NCBI GenBank assembly: GCA_963789265.1
Contig: CAWBKB010000001.1
Coordinates: 64,001-128,000 of the forward strand
From: an uncultured delta proteobacterium
GTDB lineage: Bacteria; Desulfobacterota; Desulfomonilia; Desulfomonilales; Desulfomonilaceae
Direction of reading: 5' to 3'
DNA: 64,000 nucleotides
Part shown: piece after piece, positions 43,248 through 52,761 of the stretch
Layout of the letters: each line of letters begins with the position of its first letter
How positions within the stretch are numbered: the first letter of the stretch is position 1
Position numbers and translations under genes: made by a program
Notes under the pieces: model-generated
The model's input: only the letters and a program-made list of their open reading frames with translations
Database searches by the model: none
Told to the model about the DNA's origin: nothing

Positions 43248-43744
43248 ACCAGAATTAGACGGCGGTCTTGCCATTGCGGGGGTGTTTGGGCCGATGCCCG
43301 GTCGCGGGAAGGTTCATCGGACCCCGAAAAGGCTCCGCATCTGATCTCTCAAGGCCCGACAGATAGAAAACCGTCGTCAAGTCTATACAGTTGACATCGG
43401 AGCCACATGCGCTAGAAAGTAGCCGTGGCACGTGTTTGTGAATCAACACGCCATTCTCGGTATCATCGCTGAAGCGATGCGATCAGCGGGATACTGAGGG
43501 AGAATGGCAAAAACGGACCAATGCCAAGAAAATAGACGTGACCCCACGCATCGTGTGTTGGAATTGCGTATAAGGACAGGGGTGGTCTTGAAGTGCCGCC
43601 AAGCGCTTGCTATTTTCAATGCACGACCGTATCGACGCGACTTCAATGCCCTGAACCCACGTGTCTGGAGGGAAGGGCGAGAACTGACAGTGTCAAGCCC
43701 GGACACTATACATAGTGCACAGGCCGCACTGCATGGAGGTGAAG

Positions 43745-43972
43745 ATGTCGGACCTGGACGAGGCTCTAAAACATGCCTTGAGCCTAAACGTTCGTGATCG
43801 TGCAACCCTGGCGGAAAGGCTTCTAGCCAGCCTGGAAGAGTTGCCTGAAGAGGAGGCGGAGCGTCTTTGGGCAGACGAAGCTCAAAGGCGTTTAGAGACT
43901 TACCGAACGGGTCGCGCAAGAGCGGTTCGAGCGGAAGAGGTTCACGAGAAGGCTGAAAGACTGTTGCGGTGA
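43745..43972 (+). CDS. Addiction-module antitoxin (TIGR02574-like)
   Basis: ALSL...DRA.LAERLLASL...W.DEA.RR; overlaps the toxin start. Confidence 0.8.
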   Translation: MSDLDEALKHALSLNVRDRATLAERLLASLEELPEEEAERLWADEAQRRLETYRTGRARAVRAEEVHEKAERLLR

Positions 43973-44276
43973 CGCCCATAAGGTATCACGAGGCAGCAGA
44001 GGCTGAATTATTGGATGAGATCGGCTACCTTGAGTTTAGGGCCAAGGGGCTCGGGCGACGCTTCTTCGCAGAAATTCGTCGGGCCGAGAGCGTCATCGCG
44101 CAGTTCCCGGAATCCGGCGAGGAGATTCGCCCAGGCATCCGCAAGATGATGGTTCGGAAGTTCCGGTACTCGCTCATCTACGCAATCGAAAAGATGGATT
44201 ACTCATCTTAGCCGTGGCGCACCAGAGCGGTCGGGCTGGGTATTGGGTTGGTCGCATCGGCGGCGGCAAAAGATAA
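43969..44276 (+). CDS. ParE/RelE-family toxin (frameshift near 44190)
   Basis: HEAAEAEL...GLGRRF...FPESG...KFRYSLIY, then ILAVAHQ...GYW in the alternate frame. Confidence 0.8.
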
Positions 44277-44313
44277 GTAAGGACCGAGGCTGGTGTCATA
44301 AATGAGGAAAAGG

Positions 44314-44363
44314 CCGGCCTGTCACGCCGGAGATCGCGAGTTCGAGTCTCGTCGCTCCCGCCA
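44314..44363 (+). tRNA. 3' half of tRNA-Asp(GTC), att-site fragment, copy 3
   Basis: ccggc-ctgtcac-gccgg full anticodon arm through cca; 1 mismatch to copy 1. Confidence 0.85.
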
Positions 44364-44380
44364 CTTAACAGACTGAAATC

Positions 44381-44415
44381 ACAGGGAAGCCTAAACAAGC
44401 AGGCATCCCTGTTTT
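44381..44415 (+). terminator. Terminator-like hairpin after tRNA fragment 3
   Basis: acagggaagcct...aggcatccctgt followed by ttt. Confidence 0.6.
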
Positions 44416-44497
44416 CGTTTAACGGGATGATCCAGGGCCCCCAAAGGGCTCCCAGGGTAATGAAGGACGTCGTCGCTTCGCCATCAATAAGGGGTGG

Positions 44498-44704
44498 TTG
44501 CCCATGAGAGTCTTGGGCCACAGTTTCCTCCACATACTCCGCCAATGCTACCTCGCGGGCGAAGAAGTCAAACGGTCAATGGAGTGGCTCGTCAAACGTC
44601 TGATCAAGGTCGGAGCGAAAGTGTCGTATCACGGTCGGAGGAGGTATGTCCATGTGGCGTCGGGCTTTCCTTTGGCCCGACATTACCGTGCAGTGTTCGG
44701 GTGA
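44498..44704 (+). pseudogene. IS1380-like transposase C-terminal remnant
   Basis: LIKVGAKVSYHGRR..VHVA pattern. Confidence 0.5.
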
Positions 44705-44936
44705 CGAGCGTAGTGGCAAAAATCCTTGACGGAGTGGCGGAAGGTGAAGTACGCTCAGAAACAGGAAAAAAGGGGCTTTTATATCAAAATGACGACTTTT
44801 CTGCCGTGCTCCTGTCTTCTAAGGGACCATCGGGGGTCTTATTGGTTGTCAGGAGACTCTGACGAGACCAGATTCCGAGGCAAACAGCCCCGATATGGCA
44901 AGACCGCCGCATAATTCCCGCTAAGGAGGATTGACC

Positions 44937-46052
44937 ATGATTTCCAGAGAGCTGAAGTTTTCATTAATCGCCCTTGTCTTGCTCTTCGGTTTGACCGCCG
45001 TATGGATTCAGCCGTCGGCACAGGCTTGCACAGGCATTATGTTGCGTAACGCGGACGGCAGCTTTGTCCATGGTCGCACGCTCGAGTTCGGTGTCACCAT
45101 TGAGGTTACCCAAGCAATTGTTCCTAGAGGTTACGAATTTGTGGGCAAGGCGCCGGGCGGACCGGGAATGAAGTACAAGGCGAAATATGGTTGTGTAGGG
45201 TCTTACGCCTTTAAGGATCTCGCCATTTGTGACGGACTTAATGAAAAAGGTCTGGCGGTCCATGTTTTTTACTTTCCCACTTTCGCCAAATATGCGGAAA
45301 TCACCAACGAAAACCGCGGCAAAGCGCTCTCCCCGCTCGACTTTTCCAACTGGCTCCTGGTGCAATTCGCGACGGTTGCTGAAGTGCGTGAAGCTCTCGA
45401 ACGCGGGGATGCCGTCATTGCACCGACTGTTCTGGAAGCTTGGGGTCCTGAGCCGCTGCCTTTGCACTATGTTGTGTATGATAAGACAGGGGGCTGCATC
45501 GTGATTGAACCCATCGAGGGAAAGCTGAAAATTTTCAACAACCCGCTCGGCGTCCTCACCAACTCGCCCGCCCTCGATTGGCACATCACGAACCTGCGCA
45601 ATTACATTGCCCTGAATCCCCTCGATGTACCTCCGGTGGAGCTAAATGGGGTCAAGTTGCGGGCGACGGGCATAGGAAGCGGCATGCTGGGACTTCCCGG
45701 CGACTTTACACCGCCCTCGCGATTCGTGCGTGCCGCGGTTTTCGGCGCCGCTGCAATTCCCTCGCCGAATGCGGACAAGGGTATCCTGCAGGTCTTTCAC
45801 ATCCTCAACAACTTCGACATCCCGGTGGGACTGATACGCGAGAAGGGCCAGCAGGGAGCTGTCTACAAGGACTACACCCAACTTACTACGGCCACTGACC
45901 CGCAAAACCTCAGGTACTATTACAAGACGTACGAGGACCAGACTATCAGGATGCTGGATCTGCGGAAATTCGACTTGAACGCCAAAGAGGTGAGGACACT
46001 AAGCCCGAAGACCACCCAGCCGATTGTAGACATGTCTGCTGAGATGAAGTGA
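44937..46052 (+). CDS. Secreted Ntn hydrolase, penicillin V acylase / choloylglycine hydrolase family
   Basis: Signal peptide ending AQA-CTG (N-terminal Cys), GRTLEF, DGLNEKGL, VLTNSP, GLPGDFTPPSRFVRA. Confidence 0.92.
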   Translation: MISRELKFSLIALVLLFGLTAVWIQPSAQACTGIMLRNADGSFVHGRTLEFGVTIEVTQAIVPRGYEFVGKAPGGPGMKYKAKYGCVGSYAFKDLAICDGLNEKGLAVHVFYFPTFAKYAEITNENRGKALSPLDFSNWLLVQFATVAEVREALERGDAVIAPTVLEAWGPEPLPLHYVVYDKTGGCIVIEPIEGKLKIFNNPLGVLTNSPALDWHITNLRNYIALNPLDVPPVELNGVKLRATGIGSGMLGLPGDFTPPSRFVRAAVFGAAAIPSPNADKGILQVFHILNNFDIPVGLIREKGQQGAVYKDYTQLTTATDPQNLRYYYKTYEDQTIRMLDLRKFDLNAKEVRTLSPKTTQPIVDMSAEMK

Positions 46053-46122
46053 GCCCTATGTCTGCTGCCCATATCGGCGGCTATTTGCAATCAACAAGTT
46101 TGGAAAGGAATTAGGATCGCAC

Positions 46123-46692
46123 ATGAACAAAGTAGGATTGTTTCTGGCCTTGGCAGCAGCCGGTCTGGGCCTTTACGCCGCAACCGCTCAAGGAGACAAA
46201 GCAATTGATGTGGACAAGTTAGTTACTGCGGAAGGAAGAATCATCTTGCCCAAAGACTATCGTGGCAGTTGGGTACATCTCGGTTCATGGGCAGTCGCGG
46301 AAGAAGGGGCTAAGGGAGGGGGATTCCATGATGTCTATACTCAAGCGGGGACAGCGGAAGCCTACCGCAAGTCCGGCGAGTTTCCCGACGGAGCCTGCCT
46401 GATCAAAGAGATCCGAACCGTCAAGTCTGACAAATTGGCTTCGGGACACGTCATGTGGGCCGGGGACGTAAAGAAGTGGTTCATGATGATCAAGGACGCA
46501 AAGGGCAGATTTAAAGACAACCCCAATTGGGGTGAAGGATGGGGTTGGGCTCTGTTCTTGGCGGACGATCCCGGTAAGAACGTGTCGACGGATTTCAAGA
46601 AAGACTGCCTCGGTTGCCACGCACAAGCAAAGAAGACCGACTGGGTCTACGTGTTCGGCTACCCGACGCTCCGGGAAAGCAAAGGTCGATAG
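46123..46692 (+). CDS. Cytochrome P460 family protein
   Basis: Signal peptide, P.DYR..W..LG, FPDG..LIKE, M.KD..., GWGW, C-terminal CLGCH, DWVYV. Confidence 0.85.
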   Translation: MNKVGLFLALAAAGLGLYAATAQGDKAIDVDKLVTAEGRIILPKDYRGSWVHLGSWAVAEEGAKGGGFHDVYTQAGTAEAYRKSGEFPDGACLIKEIRTVKSDKLASGHVMWAGDVKKWFMMIKDAKGRFKDNPNWGEGWGWALFLADDPGKNVSTDFKKDCLGCHAQAKKTDWVYVFGYPTLRESKGR

Positions 46693-46945
46693 CTCGACGC
46701 GTCAATAAGCACGGTGGTCAGGGGGAGGCTCCGACCTCTCGTGCTGAACCGCCTTCTCCGACACGGTCGACGTGTTTGCTAATCACAGCGGCAAGTGGGA
46801 CGAAATAACAAATTCGTCCCGCTCTCCCTGGCATAAAGACCTCAATATTTGAGGACCGGAACTCCAATGGGGCAAGTGTTGTCCCATGTGACAATGGATC
46901 GGAACACCGATACGGGGCGTTGTTGAATTGATAAGGAGGGATCCG

Positions 46946-47968
46946 ATGAAATTGAAAGTTGGTTCTACGATGATACTAGCGATCCTATTGGGGGTTATTG
47001 TCCCGCTCTCGGCCGCTGCACGACAGGAAACCTCCCAACTCGCAACGCGAACGGGCGATCAGAGCTTCAAGTGTTCCCCGACCGGGGCGCCGCCCATTCG
47101 AACAGTCCCTCCCATAACAGAACGTCCGTCCTGTCATCCTCGGGGGCAAGTCGTCTCGTTCGATCAGAACGGTGTTACTCGCTATGCTTGCCTCTATCCT
47201 CCGCAGCAGGCCGCAGAAACTCAGATAGGCAAGAATGGCTACAAATGGCCTCTGCTCATCTATCTCCATGCTTCACTCACGACCCCGGAAAGTCTCCATT
47301 GGCTCGGCAGGGATTTACTTGACCTTGCTGACGCTTTCCCTCTTTCCGGCGATGAGAAAGTGAAGGGTTTCTTTGTTCTCGCTCCTGAAAGTAGAATAGC
47401 CGACCCGTGGCCTTCGAATGCGCCAGGGGCAGCGGAGACCGGTAGCGGCACTTACTGGGACGAATGGTACCGCGATCCGTCCCGTAACCTCGACGCGCTG
47501 GCCGTAGACCATTTCGTGGACCAACTTATTGCATCGGAAAAAGTGGACACGAGCAGAATATATGTATTTGGCTGGAGCAATGGAGCTTACATGGCAGCGC
47601 TGTATGGAATGTGGCGGAGTGACCGGATTGCTGCGATTGGCCAATACGCTGGAGCTGACCCCTATTCGCGTCCTCCATGCCCTGTTCCCATGGAGTACCA
47701 CCGGCAAGTTCCGTTGATATTGCTGCGAAACTTATGTGACGGCCGAGTTTCTTGCGAGACGACCGGCGCTTGGATCGACACTCTCACGAAAGAGCAATGG
47801 CCCTACAAGCTGGTTAACCTCGACCTCAGCGGCGAGGTAACTTCCAGCGATCAGGAATGTTATCGGAGATGCTCCAAAATCATCGGGCTTTTCGAACATA
47901 TCCGTTGGCCGAGGGACGCGGCGCTGAAGGAGATGCTGAGGTTCTTCAACCAGCATGTCCAGCCGTAA
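46946..47968 (+). CDS. Secreted alpha/beta hydrolase (esterase/PHB-depolymerase-like)
   Basis: Signal peptide, PLLIYLH, D..RIYVFGWSNGAYMA. Confidence 0.75.
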   Translation: MKLKVGSTMILAILLGVIVPLSAAARQETSQLATRTGDQSFKCSPTGAPPIRTVPPITERPSCHPRGQVVSFDQNGVTRYACLYPPQQAAETQIGKNGYKWPLLIYLHASLTTPESLHWLGRDLLDLADAFPLSGDEKVKGFFVLAPESRIADPWPSNAPGAAETGSGTYWDEWYRDPSRNLDALAVDHFVDQLIASEKVDTSRIYVFGWSNGAYMAALYGMWRSDRIAAIGQYAGADPYSRPPCPVPMEYHRQVPLILLRNLCDGRVSCETTGAWIDTLTKEQWPYKLVNLDLSGEVTSSDQECYRRCSKIIGLFEHIRWPRDAALKEMLRFFNQHVQP

Positions 47969-48097
47969 GCCAGCATTATGCCTCACTAATTCGGAATGTA
48001 ATTTGGCAACATACTTTGCGGAATCCGGCTACACTATACTTTATTCCCGTGGTTGGAGACTGTCTGGAGCAGCATCCGGTATGCTGGGACAATCTCT

Positions 48098-48537
48098 GCA
48101 CGGATTGCGGCTCCAGCTCATCCGAATCACGTCACCTAGAGAGTCAATCGGCGCAACTGAGCTTCCTATGCTCACGACGCCCAATTCATGCCTGCCGTCT
48201 AATGTCCTCAGGGGGGGGCCGAGGACACCATACTTAATTCTTGAAATGACATCGGGGAGTGCCAAGCCCTCACGCCCAGAGCCACCAGTCACTTTGATCC
48301 CCAAATCTCCGTCCTCCCGTGGTCAAAGGTCAGCCGGTCAATTTCTCGTACCAAGTCCGCGTCATTAATGGCTAGATACAAGCTCTTCACGTTCTTTTTC
48401 CTGTCTCCATTTTCCACAATCGCGTCGGCTATGAGAGGATGCAGGCCACTTCTCATGGCGTTGGTCTTGCAGCAATGACGGAGATCAGGAATTCGGGACA
48501 GCGGACCGAATTCAAGGCTTTCTAAGGCTTTTGTCAA
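48098..48537. mobile_element. Composite repeat copy B: RAYT 5' remnant (+), REP-like motif, integrase C-terminal remnant (-)
   Basis: + strand ARIAAPAHPNHVT*RVNRR and IHACRLMS; ggacaccatacttaatt at 48223; - strand PDLRHCCKTNAMRSGLHPLIADAIV..GDRKKNVKSLYL...IDRLTFDHGRTEIW. Confidence 0.75.
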
Positions 48538-48648
48538 ACCTTCTTCGAAAATTCAGTCACACACTCCCGACTTCGACTGCGTAGAATGTGATGACCAGCG
48601 GTAAGCGCCCCGGCGGCGTCATTTCCCTGTGTTGACGTTGCGTCTCCA

Positions 48649-48677
48649 TTGAGTTTGGGGACCTTATTACATACAAT
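48649..48677 (+). promoter_or_regulatory. sigma70 promoter, probably leaderless brnT transcript
   Basis: ttgagt-N17-tacaat, ATG 7 nt later, no Shine-Dalgarno. Confidence 0.55.
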
Positions 48678-48684
48678 CAGAGAC

Positions 48685-48968
48685 ATGAGAATTCACGAGC
48701 TAGTCTGGCCGGAGGCCGGATTGAACACATTGCCCGTCATGGGGTGAACCCTGAAGAAGTCGAAGAAGTGTGCTTTGGCCATGCTTGGCTGCGGCGGGCC
48801 AAGTGTGCGGGGGCCAACCCAGTGTATTACGTACTCGGCCAGACGGCAGCAGGCCGGTATCTGTTCTGCGTTGTCATACAGTTTCCAGACAGCAAAGGCT
48901 TCCCAGTCACCGCGCGCCCCACGACAGAGCGGGAACAACGGCGATTCAATCAATGGAGAAACACATGA
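48685..48968 (+). CDS. BrnT-like toxin (frameshift near 48715)
   Basis: MRIHELVW...EHIARHGV.PEEVEEV...LGQT..GRYL..V......PVTAR....E. Confidence 0.75.
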
Positions 48969-49222
48969 AGGCTACGAACATTCCCAACACGGATTCAATT
49001 TCAGAACTCGCAACTTTTTGGAATACACACGACCTTACCGATTTTGAAGACGAGTTAGAAGATGTGCATGAGGCGGTATTTGAGCGTCCTCCGGAAGAGA
49101 CAGTGACGATACATTTGCCCGCTGGGGACGTCGAGGTGGTGAAACGAATGGCCCAGGCGAAGGGGGTTGGATATGCGGTATTAATCCGGGAATGGGTACT
49201 TGAAAAACTACATCGCGTCTGA
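48965..49222 (+). CDS. BrnA/CopG-like antitoxin
   Basis: ELATFWNTHDLTDF, VTIHL...KRMA..KGV.Y..LIREWV.EKL; ATGA overlap with the toxin. Confidence 0.8.
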   Translation: MKATNIPNTDSISELATFWNTHDLTDFEDELEDVHEAVFERPPEETVTIHLPAGDVEVVKRMAQAKGVGYAVLIREWVLEKLHRV

Positions 49223-49272
49223 AATCCGGGAACGTTTCAATTTCGACAACTGACAGTGGCATGGCGTCTCCA

Positions 49273-49670
49273 GGAGTTCAGGGTACACCATACCTAATTT
49301 TTGACGTGGAAAGTTGACAGGAATATGGAGCGGCCCGCCGGGGCAACTTGCCCGAGGAACTTGTCCAGCCTAGCTGGATCGCGTCACGCGCAGAGTCAAT
49401 CGGCGGCGACAGACCTTCCTCTGGTCAACGCCCAATTCATGCCTGCCTGCTAAGGATTTCAATCATCTCTGCCCCCAAATCTCAGTCTTCCGGTGATCAA
49501 AGGTGAGCCGATCAATTTCACGTAATAAATCCGCGGCACTGATCGTCAAATACAGACTTTTCACATCGTTCTTCCTGTCCCCGTGGCCGACAATTGCATC
49601 AGATACGAGTGGATGCCGGTCGCGCACATCCCGTTGGTCTTGCAGCAGTCCCGGAGATCCTATTCAAGGC
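49273..49670. mobile_element. Composite repeat copy C: REP-like motif, RAYT 5' remnant (+), integrase C-terminal remnant (-)
   Basis: ggagttcagggtacaccatacctaattttt; + strand RVTRRVNRRRQTF; - strand DLRDCCKTN...HPLVSDAIVGHGDRKNDVKSLYLTISAADLLREIDRLTFDH. Confidence 0.75.
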
Positions 49671-49943
49671 CCACCCGCCCCTTTCGCTATACTGATCGCA
49701 TGTATCCTACATACTACTCCCGGTGATCCTATCCCTATACTAGGAAGTCAAGGCACTATACCTCCGACTCAACAAGTGGTAGATACGCTGGGGGCAAGTT
49801 ACTCAGTGTATCGATCAAGGTCGTCAAAACTCTGAAGCAGAATCCGGTTCAAAACAGAGGGGATGACGTCCTGTCGGCTTTCAGTCTATCGAGATCTGAA
49901 CTTTCTCACATCTGAAGAATTCACTCCTTAAAGTCAGGAGGTT

Positions 49944-51341
49944 TTGGTGGTCCAAGACCAATCCGTCAAATCGCTCTTTCTGTCTCCTCGGTCGGTAGTG
50001 TTTATCGGCGTTCCTCGTAAAAGTGGCCCGGGCACTTTAAATTCGATAGATAATCTCAGAAACTGGGGCTACGAGGGACGAGTCGCAATTGTCCATCCCC
50101 ACGTACGAGAAATAGCGGGAATTCCCGTATTGCCATCCGCCTCCGAATTAAATTCTAAGATTGATCTGGCCATCGTTTCGACTCCAAGAGAAACGGTTCC
50201 TGCGATTATAAGAGAATGCGGCCAAAAGGGCATCAAAGCTGTGATTGTTACCAATCAAGGTTTTGCCGAGTCAGATGGAAGGGGCCAGGAGTTGCAAAGA
50301 GAAATGCTCGCAGAGGCCGATGAGTTCGATATGCGCATTCTCGGGCCCAATACACTCGGCGTATCCAACGCATTCCACCGGTTCAATTCTTCGTTCATGC
50401 CGCTCCATCGGGAAGAGGCCCCCATCGGGCTTATTTGTCAATCCGGCGTCTTCTTTGTGGGCGTGAATCAGCTTCTAGGCGGCATGGGCCTCGCAATAGA
50501 CGTAGGGAACGCCTGCGACGTGACCGCGGTGGACGCTCTGGAATGGTTGGGTGAAGATGAAAGAATACGCGTGATTGCCCTTCATGCCGAGGAAATTCGA
50601 GACGGCAAACGTTTCCTTGAAGTTGCCGAAAGAGTTGGTCGCCGAATTCCCATAATCGCCCTGAAAACGGGGAGGTCTCAAGAAGGGGCTACCGCGGCGG
50701 CCTCGCACACTGGCTCCCTGTCAGTTGATGACAGAATGGTTGATGCTGCTTTTCAAAAGGCTGGGGTGCTTCGCGCTGACGAGACTCAAGACCAGGCGGA
50801 TTTGGTTCGAGGCTTCGTGCGGCTGCCGCCTATGAAAGGCCCCAGAGTAGCCGTGGTGACTCTTACCGGCGCTGGTGGAATTATCCTCCTCGATGCGATG
50901 GAAAGATACGGCCTGGAGTTATCAAGGTTTTCTCCAAAAACCATTAATGGCATTCAGAGATTGTCCCCCGACTGGATGTCGCTCACGAATCCAACGGACA
51001 TTTGGCCGGCCGTAATGAAAAACGGAATGCGCAAGGCCTATACCACCGCCTTGCGAGATGTTTTGTCCGACCCCAACGTGGACGGCGTCCTCTGCGTGGC
51101 TCTTGGCCTTGCAGATGCGGAACAGCAGCACCTGGGGGCCGAGGACGTGATTCAGCAATTATCGGAAAACTCGAGCAAACCAGTCGTGACCTGGGTTTAC
51201 GGACCGCAAGCTGAAGAAACTGCCAGGAGACTGGAGCGATACGGTCGAGTTCTGTCGGTGCGCAGTCTCGAAAGAGGCGTTCGGGTTTTGGCTTCTATGG
51301 CGCGCTATGAGAAATGGAAAGAATCGCAAGCCAGCGAATGA
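49944..51341 (+). CDS. Acyl-CoA synthetase (ADP-forming) alpha-type, CoA-binding protein
   Basis: SPRSVVFIG, GFAE, RILGPNTLG, QSG, GN..D, KTGRS, AASHTGSL, NPTD. Confidence 0.88.
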   Translation: MVVQDQSVKSLFLSPRSVVFIGVPRKSGPGTLNSIDNLRNWGYEGRVAIVHPHVREIAGIPVLPSASELNSKIDLAIVSTPRETVPAIIRECGQKGIKAVIVTNQGFAESDGRGQELQREMLAEADEFDMRILGPNTLGVSNAFHRFNSSFMPLHREEAPIGLICQSGVFFVGVNQLLGGMGLAIDVGNACDVTAVDALEWLGEDERIRVIALHAEEIRDGKRFLEVAERVGRRIPIIALKTGRSQEGATAAASHTGSLSVDDRMVDAAFQKAGVLRADETQDQADLVRGFVRLPPMKGPRVAVVTLTGAGGIILLDAMERYGLELSRFSPKTINGIQRLSPDWMSLTNPTDIWPAVMKNGMRKAYTTALRDVLSDPNVDGVLCVALGLADAEQQHLGAEDVIQQLSENSSKPVVTWVYGPQAEETARRLERYGRVLSVRSLERGVRVLASMARYEKWKESQASE

Positions 51342-51749
51342 ACGATATATCATGAGGGGGCCTTTCTTCAGAGCAAAAAGACTTCTACAGCATCACTCTT
51401 GCTCGATTCCTCAGCCATCGTTAACGTTAAGAACGTAGCTGCCGGTCATTGTAACAGCAGTCCTGCCCGTGCAAGCATTCCTGCAAAGTTTAACGGACCC
51501 TGAGAGAAGGTAATCAACGGAGGTCCTGCACGGATCGTCCGCATTGCTGAGGTCGCGGCCGTCACCAATGGACAGTTTCAGAATCAGGATTCTATGAAAT
51601 TCGACGCGTCAGGAGCGCTAGGTTACTAAAATCGGAAAAAAGAGACAGCGATGTTGCGATTTTATCTTGACTTTGGTTCTGCTATCCCTTAGTCTACGAT
51701 TCACGTAGTCATGAGGTTGAAACGTTACGATTCCCGGAGGGTCGATGGG

Positions 51750-52235
51750 ATGAACGGTGAGGGTCCAATTGACAGCACCGACAGGGAGATCATGTCGATC
51801 CTGCAAAAGAATTCTCGGGTTACGAATACCGAAATCGCCAGGCGCCTGGACATCTCCGAAGGAACGGTACGCAACCGGATCAAAAGACTGGTGGACGAGC
51901 GCATCATTCGGAATATTACAGTGGTCAACCCTGAGACTCTTGGGTACCAGGTTCATGTAATTGTTGGCGTCCAAGTTGAGTACAAGAAACTGCCGGAAGT
52001 CACGAAACAGCTTAAGGAAAAGGAGGCGGTCCACTTCCTGGGAATTGCTGCGGGGAGGTATGACCTGATGGTGATAGCCTTTTTCCGTAATACCGAAGAG
52101 CAGCTTGCCTTTTTTACCAATGAGCTGGCTTCCATAGACGGCATAGTGCGATTGGAGACCTTCACAGTACTACAGATGCTCAAGACAAAGTATCTCTGGG
52201 GTGTTTCGGTGGCCGAGTCCAAAGCGGCCGACTAA
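51750..52235 (+). CDS. Lrp/AsnC family regulator
   Basis: D.TDREI...LQKNSR...EIARRL..SEGTVRNRI, GRYDL. Confidence 0.93.
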   Translation: MNGEGPIDSTDREIMSILQKNSRVTNTEIARRLDISEGTVRNRIKRLVDERIIRNITVVNPETLGYQVHVIVGVQVEYKKLPEVTKQLKEKEAVHFLGIAAGRYDLMVIAFFRNTEEQLAFFTNELASIDGIVRLETFTVLQMLKTKYLWGVSVAESKAAD

Positions 52236-52293
52236 ATTGGAACGGAGACTGCAAAGTTGACCGCGGTGGTAAAGCTGGAGTCGGAGAGGGTGC

Positions 52294-52698
52294 ATGATCA
52301 AGAAAATTAAACACATAGGTTTGGCGGTGGAGAACCTTGCCGAAGCCAGCGATTTTTTCCGGAAGCACTTCCAAGTCTCGGTTTCGGAACGTGAACATTT
52401 CGGAGAGCTGATTTTCTCTTTCATCCCTGTAGAAGGCGCCCACCTGGAGCTTCTCCAGTCCACTTCAGGCGACGGGCAAATCGCGAAGTTCATTCAGAAA
52501 AAGGGTCAAGGTGTTCACCACATTGCCTTTGAGGTAGACGATATTCAGGCCGAATTGGACCGTTTGAAGAGCGAAGGCCTAACCATGATAAATGAAAAGC
52601 CTTACCTGAACGCACACCAAGACTTGGTGGCCTTTCTTCACCCGAAGTGTACGTACGGTGTTCTTATAGAGCTTATACAGACCAAGAAAAACGCATGA
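52294..52698 (+). CDS. mce: Methylmalonyl-CoA epimerase family
   Basis: HIGLAV, LELL, KKGQGVHHIAFEVDDI, AFLHPK..GVLIEL. Confidence 0.88.
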   Translation: MIKKIKHIGLAVENLAEASDFFRKHFQVSVSEREHFGELIFSFIPVEGAHLELLQSTSGDGQIAKFIQKKGQGVHHIAFEVDDIQAELDRLKSEGLTMINEKPYLNAHQDLVAFLHPKCTYGVLIELIQTKKNA

Positions 52699-52761
52699 CG
52701 GAACAGCTCGGAAATCATCTGAATCCATCACTTGGCGCCGGCCAAACGGGATAGAGGTATC

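Noticed and set aside
49500..49630. Plus-strand reading as the middle of a RAYT (INF…RG…RY)
   Set aside because: Synonymous-site variation among the three copies fits the minus-strand integrase frame, so the plus-strand resemblance is probably coincidental.
51342..51749. Cobalamin riboswitch upstream of the mutase operon
   Set aside because: No recognisable B12-box or conserved core was seen; only a plausible sigma70 promoter (ttgact-N17-tagtct near 51666). An Rfam scan would be decisive.
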